In this document: positions 19,589 through 32,900 of the stretch, one piece after another
Position numbering within the stretch: the stretch's first letter is position 1
Layout: the number at the start of each line of letters is the position of its first letter
DNA from: Schmidtea polychroa
Taxonomy: Eukaryota
NCBI GenBank assembly: GCA_044892525.1
Contig: CM097885.1
Span: 10,480,001 to 10,544,000 of the forward strand
DNA length: 64,000 nucleotides
Direction: 5' to 3'
Notes under the pieces: model-generated
Seen by the model: only the letters and a program-made list of their open reading frames with translations
Database searches by the model: none
Told to the model about the DNA's origin: nothing
Translations under genes and position numbers: made by a program

Positions 19589-22137
19589 CGCTAATTTCTT
19601 GCGTATAACCCGCACTTTATAAATATCAATAATTTTCATCAAAAGTAAAATTATTCACGTATAACCCACCCTTAAAATAGTCAATATAATTTTTACCTAT
19701 GAATGTACTTATATATGCTATCATACAAATACTATTTATTAATACATGCGTAAACCCATCCATACAATAAACGTGACAACCAACTGAATAAGACCATTTT
19801 TAAACTTGTGACAAACACGTGCCATTGTTTACGAACTTAAATTCAATACAAATATAAATCTTGTTAAATAATAAACAGTGAGTGTGACCGAGCCACCAGT
19901 CACAATGAGTATCAGTGACGATGACCTCCGACAGTTCATACGTGAACCAACTACGCCCGTTGTCAAATTCACAGATACCCATGCCACACGCAGGCTGTGG
20001 AGAGGTGCATCAAGGTGGTGACTGAGGCATCTCAGTCTGTGTGTGGTGAGAAACGACGAGACGGTTTTATCCGTACAAGACTGGAGTCTAGGGCAAAAAT
20101 GCCCGTTTTTGACACAAAACGGGACTTCAATATGTGACAGTCATATCGACTCATTTGAATGTGTGTGTTTTTATTGAGACAATATATGTTAACACTGTGC
20201 CAAAAACTGCCTAAAAATGTTTCTGATAATATAGAAGCAAATTGTATCACTATTTTTCAGTATATTATAATTAAACATTTTCGGTAAAAAATGTCCAAAT
20301 ATTGTCATTTTCATCGCTCGTGGGGGAGCCTAAGATATCAACTTATCAAGTTGAACTTTTAATATCTTTTAGATGACAACACTCCAAGTTTTTTCATTGC
20401 TATTCCAAGTAAAAACTCTCAAAATGATTTTTTTTCTCACTTTTCACTCCACCCTATTACACACATATAGAATGAGACAAATATTAAAAATTAAAAAAAT
20501 TATATTTAATAAAAAAATTCATGAATTACCGCACCCATCGTATATATTTTGTTATTAAATATTGAAATAAATATAAATATTAATATTGCCGCATAAATAC
20601 TAATATGATCCATAATATATTATATAAAAATATAAATACTTATTTTTCATTGGTCAAAATAAAATATTAATTTTTTTATTATTAATATTTCAAAAATTTT
20701 AAGACAATGCAAAGAAGTTAATATTTATTATTACATTGTTAGGGTTGAAAAAATTAATTAAAAATTAATTAATTGAATGGTAAGTATAACAATTTATCAT
20801 TTGGAAAAATCAACTGAAAACATGACAATTAAAACAAATAAATTAGTATCAAATAATTTTAAATTTAAGTGGTCCCTAGACAAGTGGCACGTTTACAGAA
20901 AACGAGATTCTAGTTTCAAACATTATTTGGGATTTTCTAAACATGTAGAATATAAGTCGAAGACTAGTGGGGGACAGCTTATGTGCAAAAGGTTGCCCAA
21001 AAATCCACGAAGATTTAGTACTTAAAATGATGTAATTATCACAATAAAACTTTATATACGTAAACTGCAGCAGATGACTATTTATTAATCTTAACCGTTT
21101 GCGGACGGAATTAATTTTAATAAGTAGTATACGAAATATACGAAATCTTTTAGTATACGAATGCCCGATATCGTGGTATGATTTTTTCAAGTTTGGCCAG
21201 TACAGCTGGCCATTATACATTGTTGAACGTCTGGAACAAAATTCGTGGCCAGCGGTGCTGGCCTACCGTCAGCAACCGTATAAGCATTTTAAGTCCTTTC
21301 ATTAATTCAGAAAGTATTTTATCCGGACTTTGATTTGCTTTTCTTTCATTACTCATTCTTATCAATAAAATTACAGTGGTAACAAAATGAACAAAATAAA
21401 AGAATAATAGTACCTACTGTAGTGGAAAATATTCAAATGATTAACGTTTTATTACATGTAAAATAAAGAAACTATTGCACTACAAAACTATTAATTCGAA
21501 ACTAACACAAGTTAAATGTGTCGAATGCGGAGAAGTGGGAGTGGCACTCGTCTATGTATTTTATTGTGCCACAAAGACCGACAAACTACGGGAATAGCTA
21601 GCGCGAGCATAATTGTGCTGTCTTGGATTTGAAAAGACTTAACTAAAAATATGCATTGTCTTTTTTTTTATTCTCATACAATTTCCATAACAAAACCAAA
21701 ATAAAGGTTTAATTAAAAAATTTCATCCCTAATTTATATTTGATAATCTATAATTCATTTTGGAGGAGAGGTAGGCAAATGCTCCGTATGCTCCCCTCAT
21801 TAGCTATGTCTATGATTGGCTAAATACCAAAAATTTAAATAATTTGTACAACGACACCGACTCATAAAACCCGTTAATTAACGATCCAAATTAGCCGATA
21901 ATCTCCCAACATTGATTCCCGAGCTCTAGAAAGTTCTAATTATTCACCATTTAGCCTTAATTAAATAGACCGTCATTGCACCTGCCACATTAGGGATTAT
22001 AAAAAAATGTTAATTAATTATTAGCCAACTGGAAATTTCTAAAATCATATCGTAAAATAAAACTCAATTTTGATTGGATGATTTTTGCAAAATAGAATTT
22101 AATTTAAAAACTGATATTTTAAAAATTCATTTATATA

Positions 22138-22767
22138 ATGCATGGCAATAATCTGCCCCAAGAACCGCAATTACTGAACAATGTCTGCTGGTTTTGCAAG
22201 AGCTCAGTGAAAACGACTCTGGAGGATTTTCATTCAAATCAAATCCAGGAAGAGGCGATTTTAAATTCTCCGACGTTCAAGAAGTTATTAAAAAATGAAC
22301 TGCTTCATTTCTGTAAGAACACAACAATCCGCGGAGTTCCGAGAATAGTTAACACAACCAACAAATCCAGTAAGATTCTATGGATAGGTTTTTTTATTTT
22401 TCTCTGTGCTGGTTTGACAATCTGTCTGACATTTCTCATCCGACAATTTATTGAATATAGTGTCATTCATCCACCGAGAGTTCTCCAAAACAGTCCATCT
22501 CCATTTCCGTCATTTACTGTCTGCAATCATCGGCCATTGAGTTACAATGTCAGCAGTTTCTTTCATCAAAGAAACATGAGAAATCCTCGAGAATTTGCAA
22601 TAGCGGCCAACTACGTATCGAAAAACTATTTATTTGACCGAGGAGATAAAGGTCACTATAGTTTAATAACTTCAAGCTTTTCTTTAAGCGGTTACTTGGA
22701 AAGCATTCCATTGGAATATCACAAAATGCTTGGACACGACTATTTTGATTTTGTCATTGACTGTTTG
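22138..22767 (+). CDS. Host DEG/ENaC (amiloride-sensitive sodium channel family) gene, first coding exon
   Basis: FCKNTTIRGVPRI pre-TM1 motif, TM1 ILWIGFFIFLCAGL..., and FPSFTVCN. GTAAGT donor at 22768. Later exons were not identified in the window. Confidence 0.85.
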
Positions 22768-22857
22768 GTAAGTAGATTATTATTTATAATTAATTTTAGA
22801 AACAATATTTATAATATCATTAGTTTATTTGAATTTCACCATAACAAATTGTATAAA

Positions 22858-23362
<505 letters not shown>

Positions 23363-24056
23363 CTAAAATTGAAATTAAACGTTTATTTCGTTTGATATTT
23401 CTTTTATTTTTATTGTTTTAATTTTAATATTTCAATTGAAATTTTTTTAAATAAAATAAAACTAAAGTTTCGAAAAAGTAATAGTTTTATTTGGATTTTA
23501 AAGTTAAAACATGTTTTCAGAATTTGACAGGTGGGGCTGAAAGCTGACAAAGCGGAAGGCGCCCGTTGAATATAATAAAATGTAACAACAGTTTCGTTTT
23601 ATAAATTCTCTTTTCATGTATTTCTTATACGTAAATAATTTGTTATAATTATAATTTGTTAACAATATTTGTTAAATAAACATATTTGTTAACCAGTTTT
23701 TAATAATTCAAATATTGAAGAACTATTATTACTATGGATACGATTAATTTGTAAAATAAACAACTTTAAGAGAGAAAAACAGCAACAAACATTTCAATAA
23801 AAACAAATATTAATATAATCATAGCATTAAAAGTGAAAGTTTAAAATATAGTAAATATTTGCATAAATTAAAACAATTTTATTAAGACTTACATTTGAAA
23901 TCTTTATTAGGTGTGAACATTGCAATTTTTAAATTTCATCTTGTATTATTTGTAAATTTAATAATTAATAATTAATTATCTAACCAAATCACTATAACTT
24001 CTATGTATGATGAATGATGATGAAAGCAAACAATAATTAACAGAAATAGTTTACAT

Positions 24057-24115
<59 letters not shown>

Positions 24116-24379
24116 CCAAATGGCTAACATTAAATAAGAGATTAAACTATCGAAAAATATAAAAAATCTGTAGGCAAGCACGTTTCACAATTTTCAATAA
24201 TAATAAATACACACGAATGGACATTAAATAAGGGTCTTAAAATTAAAAAATTTCCAAATATTTATTCCACAACAGTAGTAGGATGTGGGCCATCCAGATC
24301 AGGAGCTCCCCGCGCCACATATACCCCCTCCCCCCCCCGGGAAAAAAAAAATTTTTTTTTTTAATTTTTTGTTTTAATT

Positions 24380-25430
24380 AATTGGCCTGGCGGGCTCACA
24401 CTTTTTTTCATCCCAAAAATTAATGTTCCCACCAACGGATTTTATTGGACTATACCTCATCTTAAAGCCCAGTCCAAGACCTTTCGAATGAGCTATAGGT
24501 ATCATATATATCTTTAATAGTTTTAATGTTATTAACAATTGATGACCACCATCTTTTCAACGTTAAATTATTATTATTTTCCAAAATATTATTAATTGGC
24601 CTGGCGGGCTCACACTTTTTTTCATCCCAAAAATTAATGTTCCCACCAACGGATTTTATTGGACGATACCTCATCTTAAAGCCCAGTCCAAGACCTTTCG
24701 ATTGATCCATAGAAGGTATCATCATCATTAATATTGACAAAGTTATTAACAATTGATGACCACCATCTTTTCAACGTTAAATTATTATTATTATTCAAAA
24801 TATTATTAATTGGCCGGGCGGGGACATACTTTTTCTCATCCCAAAAATTAATGTTCCCATTATCCGAATTTATTAATCGATAGCTTATTTTGAAGCGTAG
24901 TCTAAGACCTTTCAATTGAGCCATAGAAGGTATCATCATCATTAACATCGGCAAAGTTATTAAAGTTTTACCGAGACCATTTTTCAAGGTCATTTATTTT
25001 TCAAAATATTATTTTCAAGGTCAAGGTCAAATTTTTAATAAAAGGTCAAGGTCATTTATTATTTTCAAGGTCATTTTTTTTTTATAATTATGTGGCCGGG
25101 ATGGCCCCTACTTTTTTTCATCCCAAAAATTAATGTTCCCGCCAACAGATTTTATTAATCAAACACTTATTTTAAAGCCCAATGCAAGACCTTTCGAATG
25201 AGCTAATAAAGGTATCTTCATCATTATTATTGACAAAGTTATTAACATTTTACCAAAAATCATTTTCAAGGTCATATAATTATTAAGTGGTCTGGCGGGC
25301 CCCTACTCTTTTTCATCCCAAAAATTAATGTTCCCATTATCCGAATTTATTGGACGATACCTCATCTTAAAGCTCAGTCCAAGACCTTTCGAATGAGCCA
25401 TAGAAGGTATCATCATCATTAATATTAACA
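24380..25430. repeat. Subterminal ~214-bp degenerate tandem repeat (mirrored at ~37045-38815, 50460-51630, 61535-62780)
   Basis: Recurrent CATCCCAAAAATTAATGTTCCC...AAGACCTTTCGA...GGTATCATCATC units. The right arm of copy A has an extra 707-bp tandem duplication. Confidence 0.9.
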
Positions 25431-25437
25431 AAGAGAA

Positions 25438-25700
25438 TGACTCACCCAATGACTCACCCAACGATGTCTAATATTTTTAGAACGATGACTCATCAAGGTC
25501 ATTCCCAAGGTCATATGACTCATCAAGGTCAAGGTCATTTTTTTTTAATTTAATTTTTTGTTTTAATTAAGTAATCTTTTTATTTTCAAGGTCATTTAAT
25601 TTTCAAGGTCATTTAATTTTCAAGGTCATTTAATTTTTCAAGGTCATTTAATTTTCAAGGTCATTTACTTTTCAAGGTCATTTAATTTTTCAAGGTCATT
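25438..25700. promoter_or_regulatory. Cluster of TGACTCA (AP-1 consensus) and TCAAGGTCA (NR5A/ERR consensus) motifs
   Basis: TGACTCA at 25438, 25450, 25486 and 25516. Seven TCAAGGTCA at 17-18-bp spacing in 25586-25698. Present in all four arms. Function is inferred only. Confidence 0.5.
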
Positions 25701-25741
25701 TATTAAAATAATTATTATTTTCTAAGTTTTTAGTTTCTAAG

Positions 25742-25793
<52 letters not shown>

Positions 25794-25796
25794 TTA

Positions 25797-25844
<48 letters not shown>

Positions 25845-26058
25845 ATATATACTCCTAGTCTATCCGACAAAATATTCTGTCTCCCTATGGGTATTGCTAG
25901 CAAGGGTACTACTCACACTCAACAAGTCACATGGTTATTGTTCACAAAGGTACTGGTAAAAATATTCAAGGTAAAACTTTCTAAATTCTAAATATTATTC
26001 TTTAAATATACGCTCAACTCATATAATTAGTGGTGTGCTCACTACAACATACATTTCA

Positions 26059-26101
<43 letters not shown>

Positions 26102-26104
26102 GTT

Positions 26105-26278
26105 AATGAAAAATCTAAAATATGGTTTACACACACAACCCCTCAACCATTATTATTATTATCAGTATTAAAAACCTAAAATATTTTCTACACACTCACA
26201 CAACCCACTAACAATTATTATTATCAATATTAGTGAAAACCTAAAATATCTTCTACACACATATACAACCCATTAAAC

Positions 26279-26371
<93 letters not shown>

Positions 26372-26652
26372 GCAAATATTAGTCAAAAACATAAAAACAC
26401 ACACTCAACCAATTAACAATTATTATTAACCATTATTATTAGCAATATTAGTGAAAACCTAAAATATTTTCTACACACATATACAACCCATTAAACTTTT
26501 ATTATTAATATTATTATCTATATTATGATTATTATCAATATCAGTCAAAAACTTAAAATATTTTCTACCCACATACAACCCCCATTAAACTTTATTATTA
26601 TTATTAGTGAAAAACCTAAAATATTTTTTACACAACCCATTAACAATTATTA

Positions 26653-26750
<98 letters not shown>

Positions 26751-26905
26751 GAAAAACCTAAAATATTTTTACACATACACACAACCCATTAACAATTATT
26801 ATTATCAATATTAGTGAAAACCTAAAATATTTTCTACACACATACAACCCATTAAACTTTATTATTATTATTATTAGTGAAAACCTAAAATAATTTTTAC
26901 ACACT
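26105..26905. repeat. ~60-bp minisatellite (AAAACCTAAAATATTTT...CACACAACCCATTAAC) mixed with (ATT)n
   Basis: Multiple degenerate copies, with variable copy number in each of the four arms. Confidence 0.85.
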
Positions 26906-29900
26906 AAGTTATGGGGTAGAGAATTATTATATGTTTGCAATATTCTGTGTTTGCCTTTACAGGAAGTTGTCAATAAGGAGCGATAATTTGACACACACAC
27001 ATTCTATATACACATACCTTGTTTAACATGGGTGTATATACTCCTAGTTTATCCGACAAAATATTCTGTCCCCCTAAGGGTACTGCTAGCAAGGGTACTA
27101 CTCACATTCAACATATCGCAAGGGTATATTAATTAGGGTTAGTAAATAAAACTTATGACACATACTATTTAAACGATAAAAATCAAGACAAGAGAGGACA
27201 AGGCAAAGTTTATGCATTTAGTATTGCCAGGCCTAATGAGCAGTGACCAAATATCTGTGCCTGAAAGACACGGTGGATATTTGTTCGCGTCCACAAGGGT
27301 CGTCTGTGCCTCCCCCAAGTGGGGTCAGAAGAACCTGGGCATTATAGCTTTCCGTACGGAACATTACGCCTAGCATGGGTAGTCAACTACCAGCACATTC
27401 GAAACGTATAATTTCAAAATACATGCGTCATTGGCACTATAACCAAATTAATTAATGTTTTCACTAACACAAATATATATTTACAGAGGCCTCCCACTAG
27501 TTGGATTACAACCGCCCACCACGACGATCAGCTTGTAAATATATATTAATTAAGGGATAAAGAGGACCCACCCAACCCTATTATATTTAATTTACAAATT
27601 TTTCTCGCTCTTCTGCTGGTATTCTATCTCAAAATTATCATCTCCATCGGGCCATTTGATAGTGATTTCATGGAATACATCTTGCAAATTGGACATATTT
27701 CTTAGTTTCTGATGCGGTGTCAACTATCATTGCTAAAATTTATATTGATTTAAAAGCAATTAACTTACATTATCTAGCATTTTATCGTCACAGGCTTGAT
27801 AAATTAGGCAACTGTTATTTGTGGTATACTTTTTCAATGTCATTTCCCACCATAAAACACAGATACCTAAATATAATATATATATATTTTAAAGAATTAA
27901 TTCATGTCTTACATTAATAATAATATTCTTCAGGTAGTACTTTACAATATCTAATTGATAAAACATCGGTTTTTTCCCATTTTTCTTGACATTCGTTGAA
28001 AGTTTACATAATTTAAGTAAACATTCATGTTGAAGGACACCCCCAATCAGCTAATTCATTTAAGAAATCCCGAACATAGCAATGTTTCACCATTTTGTCT
28101 GGTTCATTTTCTTCTATAATTCATGTTTTAATAAGAAATTTCTAAATCCAGAACATAAGTCATTTAGTGTTTCACCATTTTGTTCATCTTCTTCATAATT
28201 ATATAATTCATTTTCTTCATTACTAAGTAAAATAATTAAAATATTTTAGTAAATTCTTTATTTACTTACTTTATGGATACTAAAACGAAAGAAATAACGT
28301 TATATCAGAATTATATTTAAATAATTTAAATTTAGTTATTTAAACATATTTAAACAATTTAGTTATTTAAGCATATTTAAACATTAACATTATTATATAG
28401 TATAATTTTATATAATTTTATATAATATTATAATATTATAATATTATGTATTGTAAATTTAATATATCCTTAATTTAATTTTTTAAATTCAAAAATTTAT
28501 AATGAAGATTCTTTGAATTAAAAAATATTCTGTTAGTATTTCCAGGCAGAAAACAACGAATTCAATAATTAAAATCTTAATTTTCATGTTGTTAGGGTTG
28601 TGGCCAGAAGTTAATCGCCATCTAATCGTTTGTTCTCAATTTCGCTCATTTTTGTTCAAAACATTCAGGTGAGTTGTTATCTGGAAAGTTTCTTTGAGCT
28701 CAGTTTTGTTAAAACACTCACGGTATTCTTGAGGGACGTGACACTGGAAATAAATTAACAATGGGTGGTCATACATACATGTTGTTGGTTTGAACTGTTG
28801 ATTTATTTTAGAAATATGTATATTAAAAACATTTAAGGTATCATTCAGTAAAATAATATAGTATTTTTGAGTATTTTTAGTTAATTTATAAATAACAGTA
28901 TTTTGATATATCAATAAAGACCATATACTCCTAGTTTATCCGACAAAATATTCTGTCCCCCTATGGGTATTGCTAGCAAGGGTACTGGTCACACTCAACA
29001 AGTCGCAATATTAATCATTTAGAAATTCTTAGGTAAGATAATCAGAAATTTGTGAATATTTTAAATGTAACTTTACACTTATGTCGAGCGACTAATTTAT
29101 TGTTTAACTTTGTAGTCATTTAAAGCAAAAGGTAATTTATTCATCTAATGTTCGTTACAATAGATAATAATATGAGAAAAACATGGTCATTATTCATTGA
29201 TAATTTTAAATTCTTTATCATTTGGAGTAAATTTGTTTGAGGCAAAAATATTTGAAGGAGTCATAATAGAAATATGGTTATCATTTAACCAAATAAGGTG
29301 CTTATTAGTTAAAAATATATATTTATATAGGGTTACAATTCTTTTCTAATTTAATTAGATGATCATTAGACGTAATATATCTTTGCGAGAAATTTAAGAT
29401 GTTTGAGTAACCAAAACATTGATATTTTGGGTCATCAATTTATGAATAGTGCTTAATTTTCTCATTTTTAGTGATTTAAAATAATATTTAGCAAAGGTAA
29501 TTTGGCAAAATATCACTTATCCATCCGATAACAATATTCCTTCAATAGATATTCAACCGATTTAATTTCTAATTAAAATCATAAAATTCCTTCAATAAAG
29601 ATCAATTTTCTTTAGCCGTTGTCGATTTCCAACTTTTAAGTCAATATTTCTCAAGTTTTGTCACTGATGTCCCCACAATGAATAAAATAACTTCTTAAGT
29701 AAATAATTTAAAGCAATAACCTTTGATATCAATCCCAATTAATTCTAAAGATTTCAAATATTTCATTGTGAAAACCAAGTAAATTGATCATTAACCCTAA
29801 ACGACTTAATAAAACAGTGGATAATTAATAAAAAACTGGTTCTAAAACATAAATCTAAATTACTGTGCAATAACATTCATCACAACCTAATAAACCTCTA

Positions 29901-32900
29901 AAACGATATAATTTCACAGGAACTATTATTAATTCATAGCTAAATACTGACTATTTCCCTTTAAAATTTACCAATAAGAACATTGTCGATTTAAATAGAG
30001 ATTTTAAACATTTCCACCAAATATTTCTATCATTTTAAACACCTTAAAAACATCTATTACCATCTTAACCAACCGACTTTAATATATCAGACCTTTAATA
30101 TATCAATTCTCTTAAAATCCATAGAAAATTCTTCAAAATATGAATTTTATTTATTTGTTACAGACATCCTTCCATTGAAATAATTTAGTATCTAAATTCA
30201 TGTAGTAAGAGCCCACTAAAAGATCAAAATTCACTAAAATCAATATTTTCTACAAATATTTCACCACATTTACCATCAAATACCTAATTAGAGATGAAAT
30301 ATATTGATTGATCATCGATTCAGCCAATTATATAGCAATTATAACGTGATATATCTTTCAAAATCACAAATTTCAGTATATTTTACAATAATTTTCAAGT
30401 AGATTTCAAATATATCATCATGATAAAATTAGCTAGTTTCAACTTTAGATTTTCAATATTTAAAAGTTCATCAATATTCGTAGAAAATATATGAAAATAT
30501 TATTTTGTCAAATTCAATACAGAGTCATCATAAAAATTAAATAATAATCACTTGATTATTGTAAAAACTCTAATTATTAACCTAACTGTCATTAAAAATA
30601 ATTTTTATTTAAAATTAAATTTAAAAACAAGTCAATAAAATGTAGCAAATTATGAAGAAATTAATTAAATTTGTCTTCGAATTAACACTAAAACCTTAAA
30701 TTTTTAAATATTCTTTCAATTATTCACAAAATAAATGTTAGTAAAATCCCGCTAACTCTAAAAATTACCAATGAATTTAATTCCAAATAATAACCAAAAA
30801 TTTTCCTAAATAAAATCATTAAAACACATCAGTACCTTTACGACCAGTACCCTTACGACCAGTACCAATTGTGAACAGTACCCATAGAGGGAGAAAATAT
30901 CTTGTCGGATAAACTCAGAGTATATATAATAAAACGAATTAACAATAACTCCATCAAATTGAATCAGTCAAATTAACACAAATTTTGATAAAAAATCTTA
31001 TTCTAAAATGGTAAGAAGCGTAAAGTCGAAAGATAATTTTAATAACACCGAGATAAATTAACAATATTATTCTCAGGTGGTAAGAATCTTCATTAAAGTT
31101 AGGAAATTATAAGAACTACCAATTGCTATAAAATATTTAAACGAATTTAGTTTTGTTGTTTTATAACTTTCGGTTATATTTGAGTGAGTTTTCGAGTGTA
31201 CCTTTTAACTTTCAGTGCTCATTTTCATTAAAAAGAGTAATGTATCTTAAATTATCTTTTGGAATATTTGTTTTTGAAATATTTAGTGTAAAATAGTAAA
31301 TTTAATAATAAATTGTTAATATTAAAGGACTTAATCAAAATTTAAAATCGGAATTTATCATAATTACTCTGTCAAATACAATTCACGGTTTCTTATGTAA
31401 TAAAATAATCATTTGGGGATTAAATACTTTATTAAATAAAAGTTTATCACATTATTAAAATATTTTAATTCGTTAGTAGCTCATATAATAGAAATAATTT
31501 TATATATCCTCATCACTTATAGCCGCCGACTCTCGATTTCCCAATAATTATTATCATTTATATTCTCCCGGCAAATATTTCTTTTAAAATTGTATTAAAT
31601 ATTTTTTTATTAAAGTGAACGTTTTTTATGAATTTTTATGAAATTTATGAATTTTATGAAATAATTTTAAATAAATACAATTAATATATATCCATGCCAC
31701 TTCTCAGTATATTTTCATTAACCTTCCATAATCCAATAATGAATTATTCTAACACTTATTTTAACCCCTTTGAAGTTTATTATTAATTTATCACAGAATA
31801 ATAAATAATTTCCTAACTTTAATGAAGATTCTTACCACCTGAGAATAATATTGTTAATTTATCTCGGTGTTATTAAAATTATCTTTCGACTTTACGCTTC
31901 TTACCATTTTAGAATAAGATTTTTTATCAAAATTTGTGTTAATTTGACTGATTCAATTTGATGGAGTTATTGTTAATTCGTTTTATTATATATACTCTGA
32001 GTTTATCCGACAAGATATTTTCTCCCTCTATGGGTACTGTTCACAATTGGTACTGGTCGTAAGGGTACTGGTCGTAAAGGTACTGATGTGTTTTAATGAT
32101 TTTATTTAGGAAAATTTTTGGTTATTATTTGGAATTAAATTCATTGGTAATTTTTAGAGTTAGCGGGATTTTACTAACATTTATTTTGTGAATAATTGAA
32201 AGAATATTTAAAAATTTAAGGTTTTAGTGTTAATTCGAAGACAAATTTAATTAATTTCTTGATAATTTGCTACATTTTATTGACTTGTTTTTAAATTTAA
32301 TTTTAAATAAAAATTATTTTTAATGACAGTTAGGTTAATAATTAGAGTTTTTACAATAATCAAGTGATTATTATTTAATTTTTATGATGACTCTGTATTG
32401 AATTTGACAAAATAATATTTTCATATATTTTCTACGAATATTGATGAACTTTTAAATATTGAAAATCTAAAGTTGAAACTAGCTAATTTTATCATGATGA
32501 TATATTTGAAATCTACTTGAAAATTATTGTAAAATATACTGAAATTTGTGATTTTGAAAGATATATCACGTTATAATTGCTATATAATTGGCTGAATCGA
32601 TGATCAATCAATATATTTCATCTCTAATTAGGTATTTGATGGTAAATGTGGTGAAATATTTGTAGAAAATATTGATTTTAGTGAATTTTGATCTTTTAGT
32701 GGGCTCTTACTACATGAATTTAGATACTAAATTATTTCAATGGAAGGATGTCTGTAACAAATAAATAAAATTCATATTTTGAAGAATTTTCTATGGATTT
32801 TAAGAGAATTGATATATTAAAGGTCTGATATATTAAAGTCGGTTGGTTAAGATGGTAATAGATGTTTTTAAGGTGTTTAAAATGATAGAAATATTTGGTG

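Noticed and set aside
24462..24993. Recurrent 77-105 aa ORFs (NINFWDEKK...) in all four arms
   Set aside because: They arise from the ~214-bp tandem repeat, shift frame between units and show no recognisable domain. Treated as non-coding, although a relic coding origin is not excluded.
26105..26905. CCTAA/AACCC motifs as telomeric repeats
   Set aside because: Isolated motifs within a ~60-bp minisatellite, not tandem telomere units.
27231..27410. CTAATGAG...CGAAAC as a hammerhead ribozyme
   Set aside because: The core deviates from CTGANGA and the required helices do not form convincingly; kept only as a generic structured island.
28636..28914. 92-aa ORF present in four copies
   Set aside because: TTG start, no known motif, and several amino-acid-changing A/B differences; its recurrence is explained by the palindromes.
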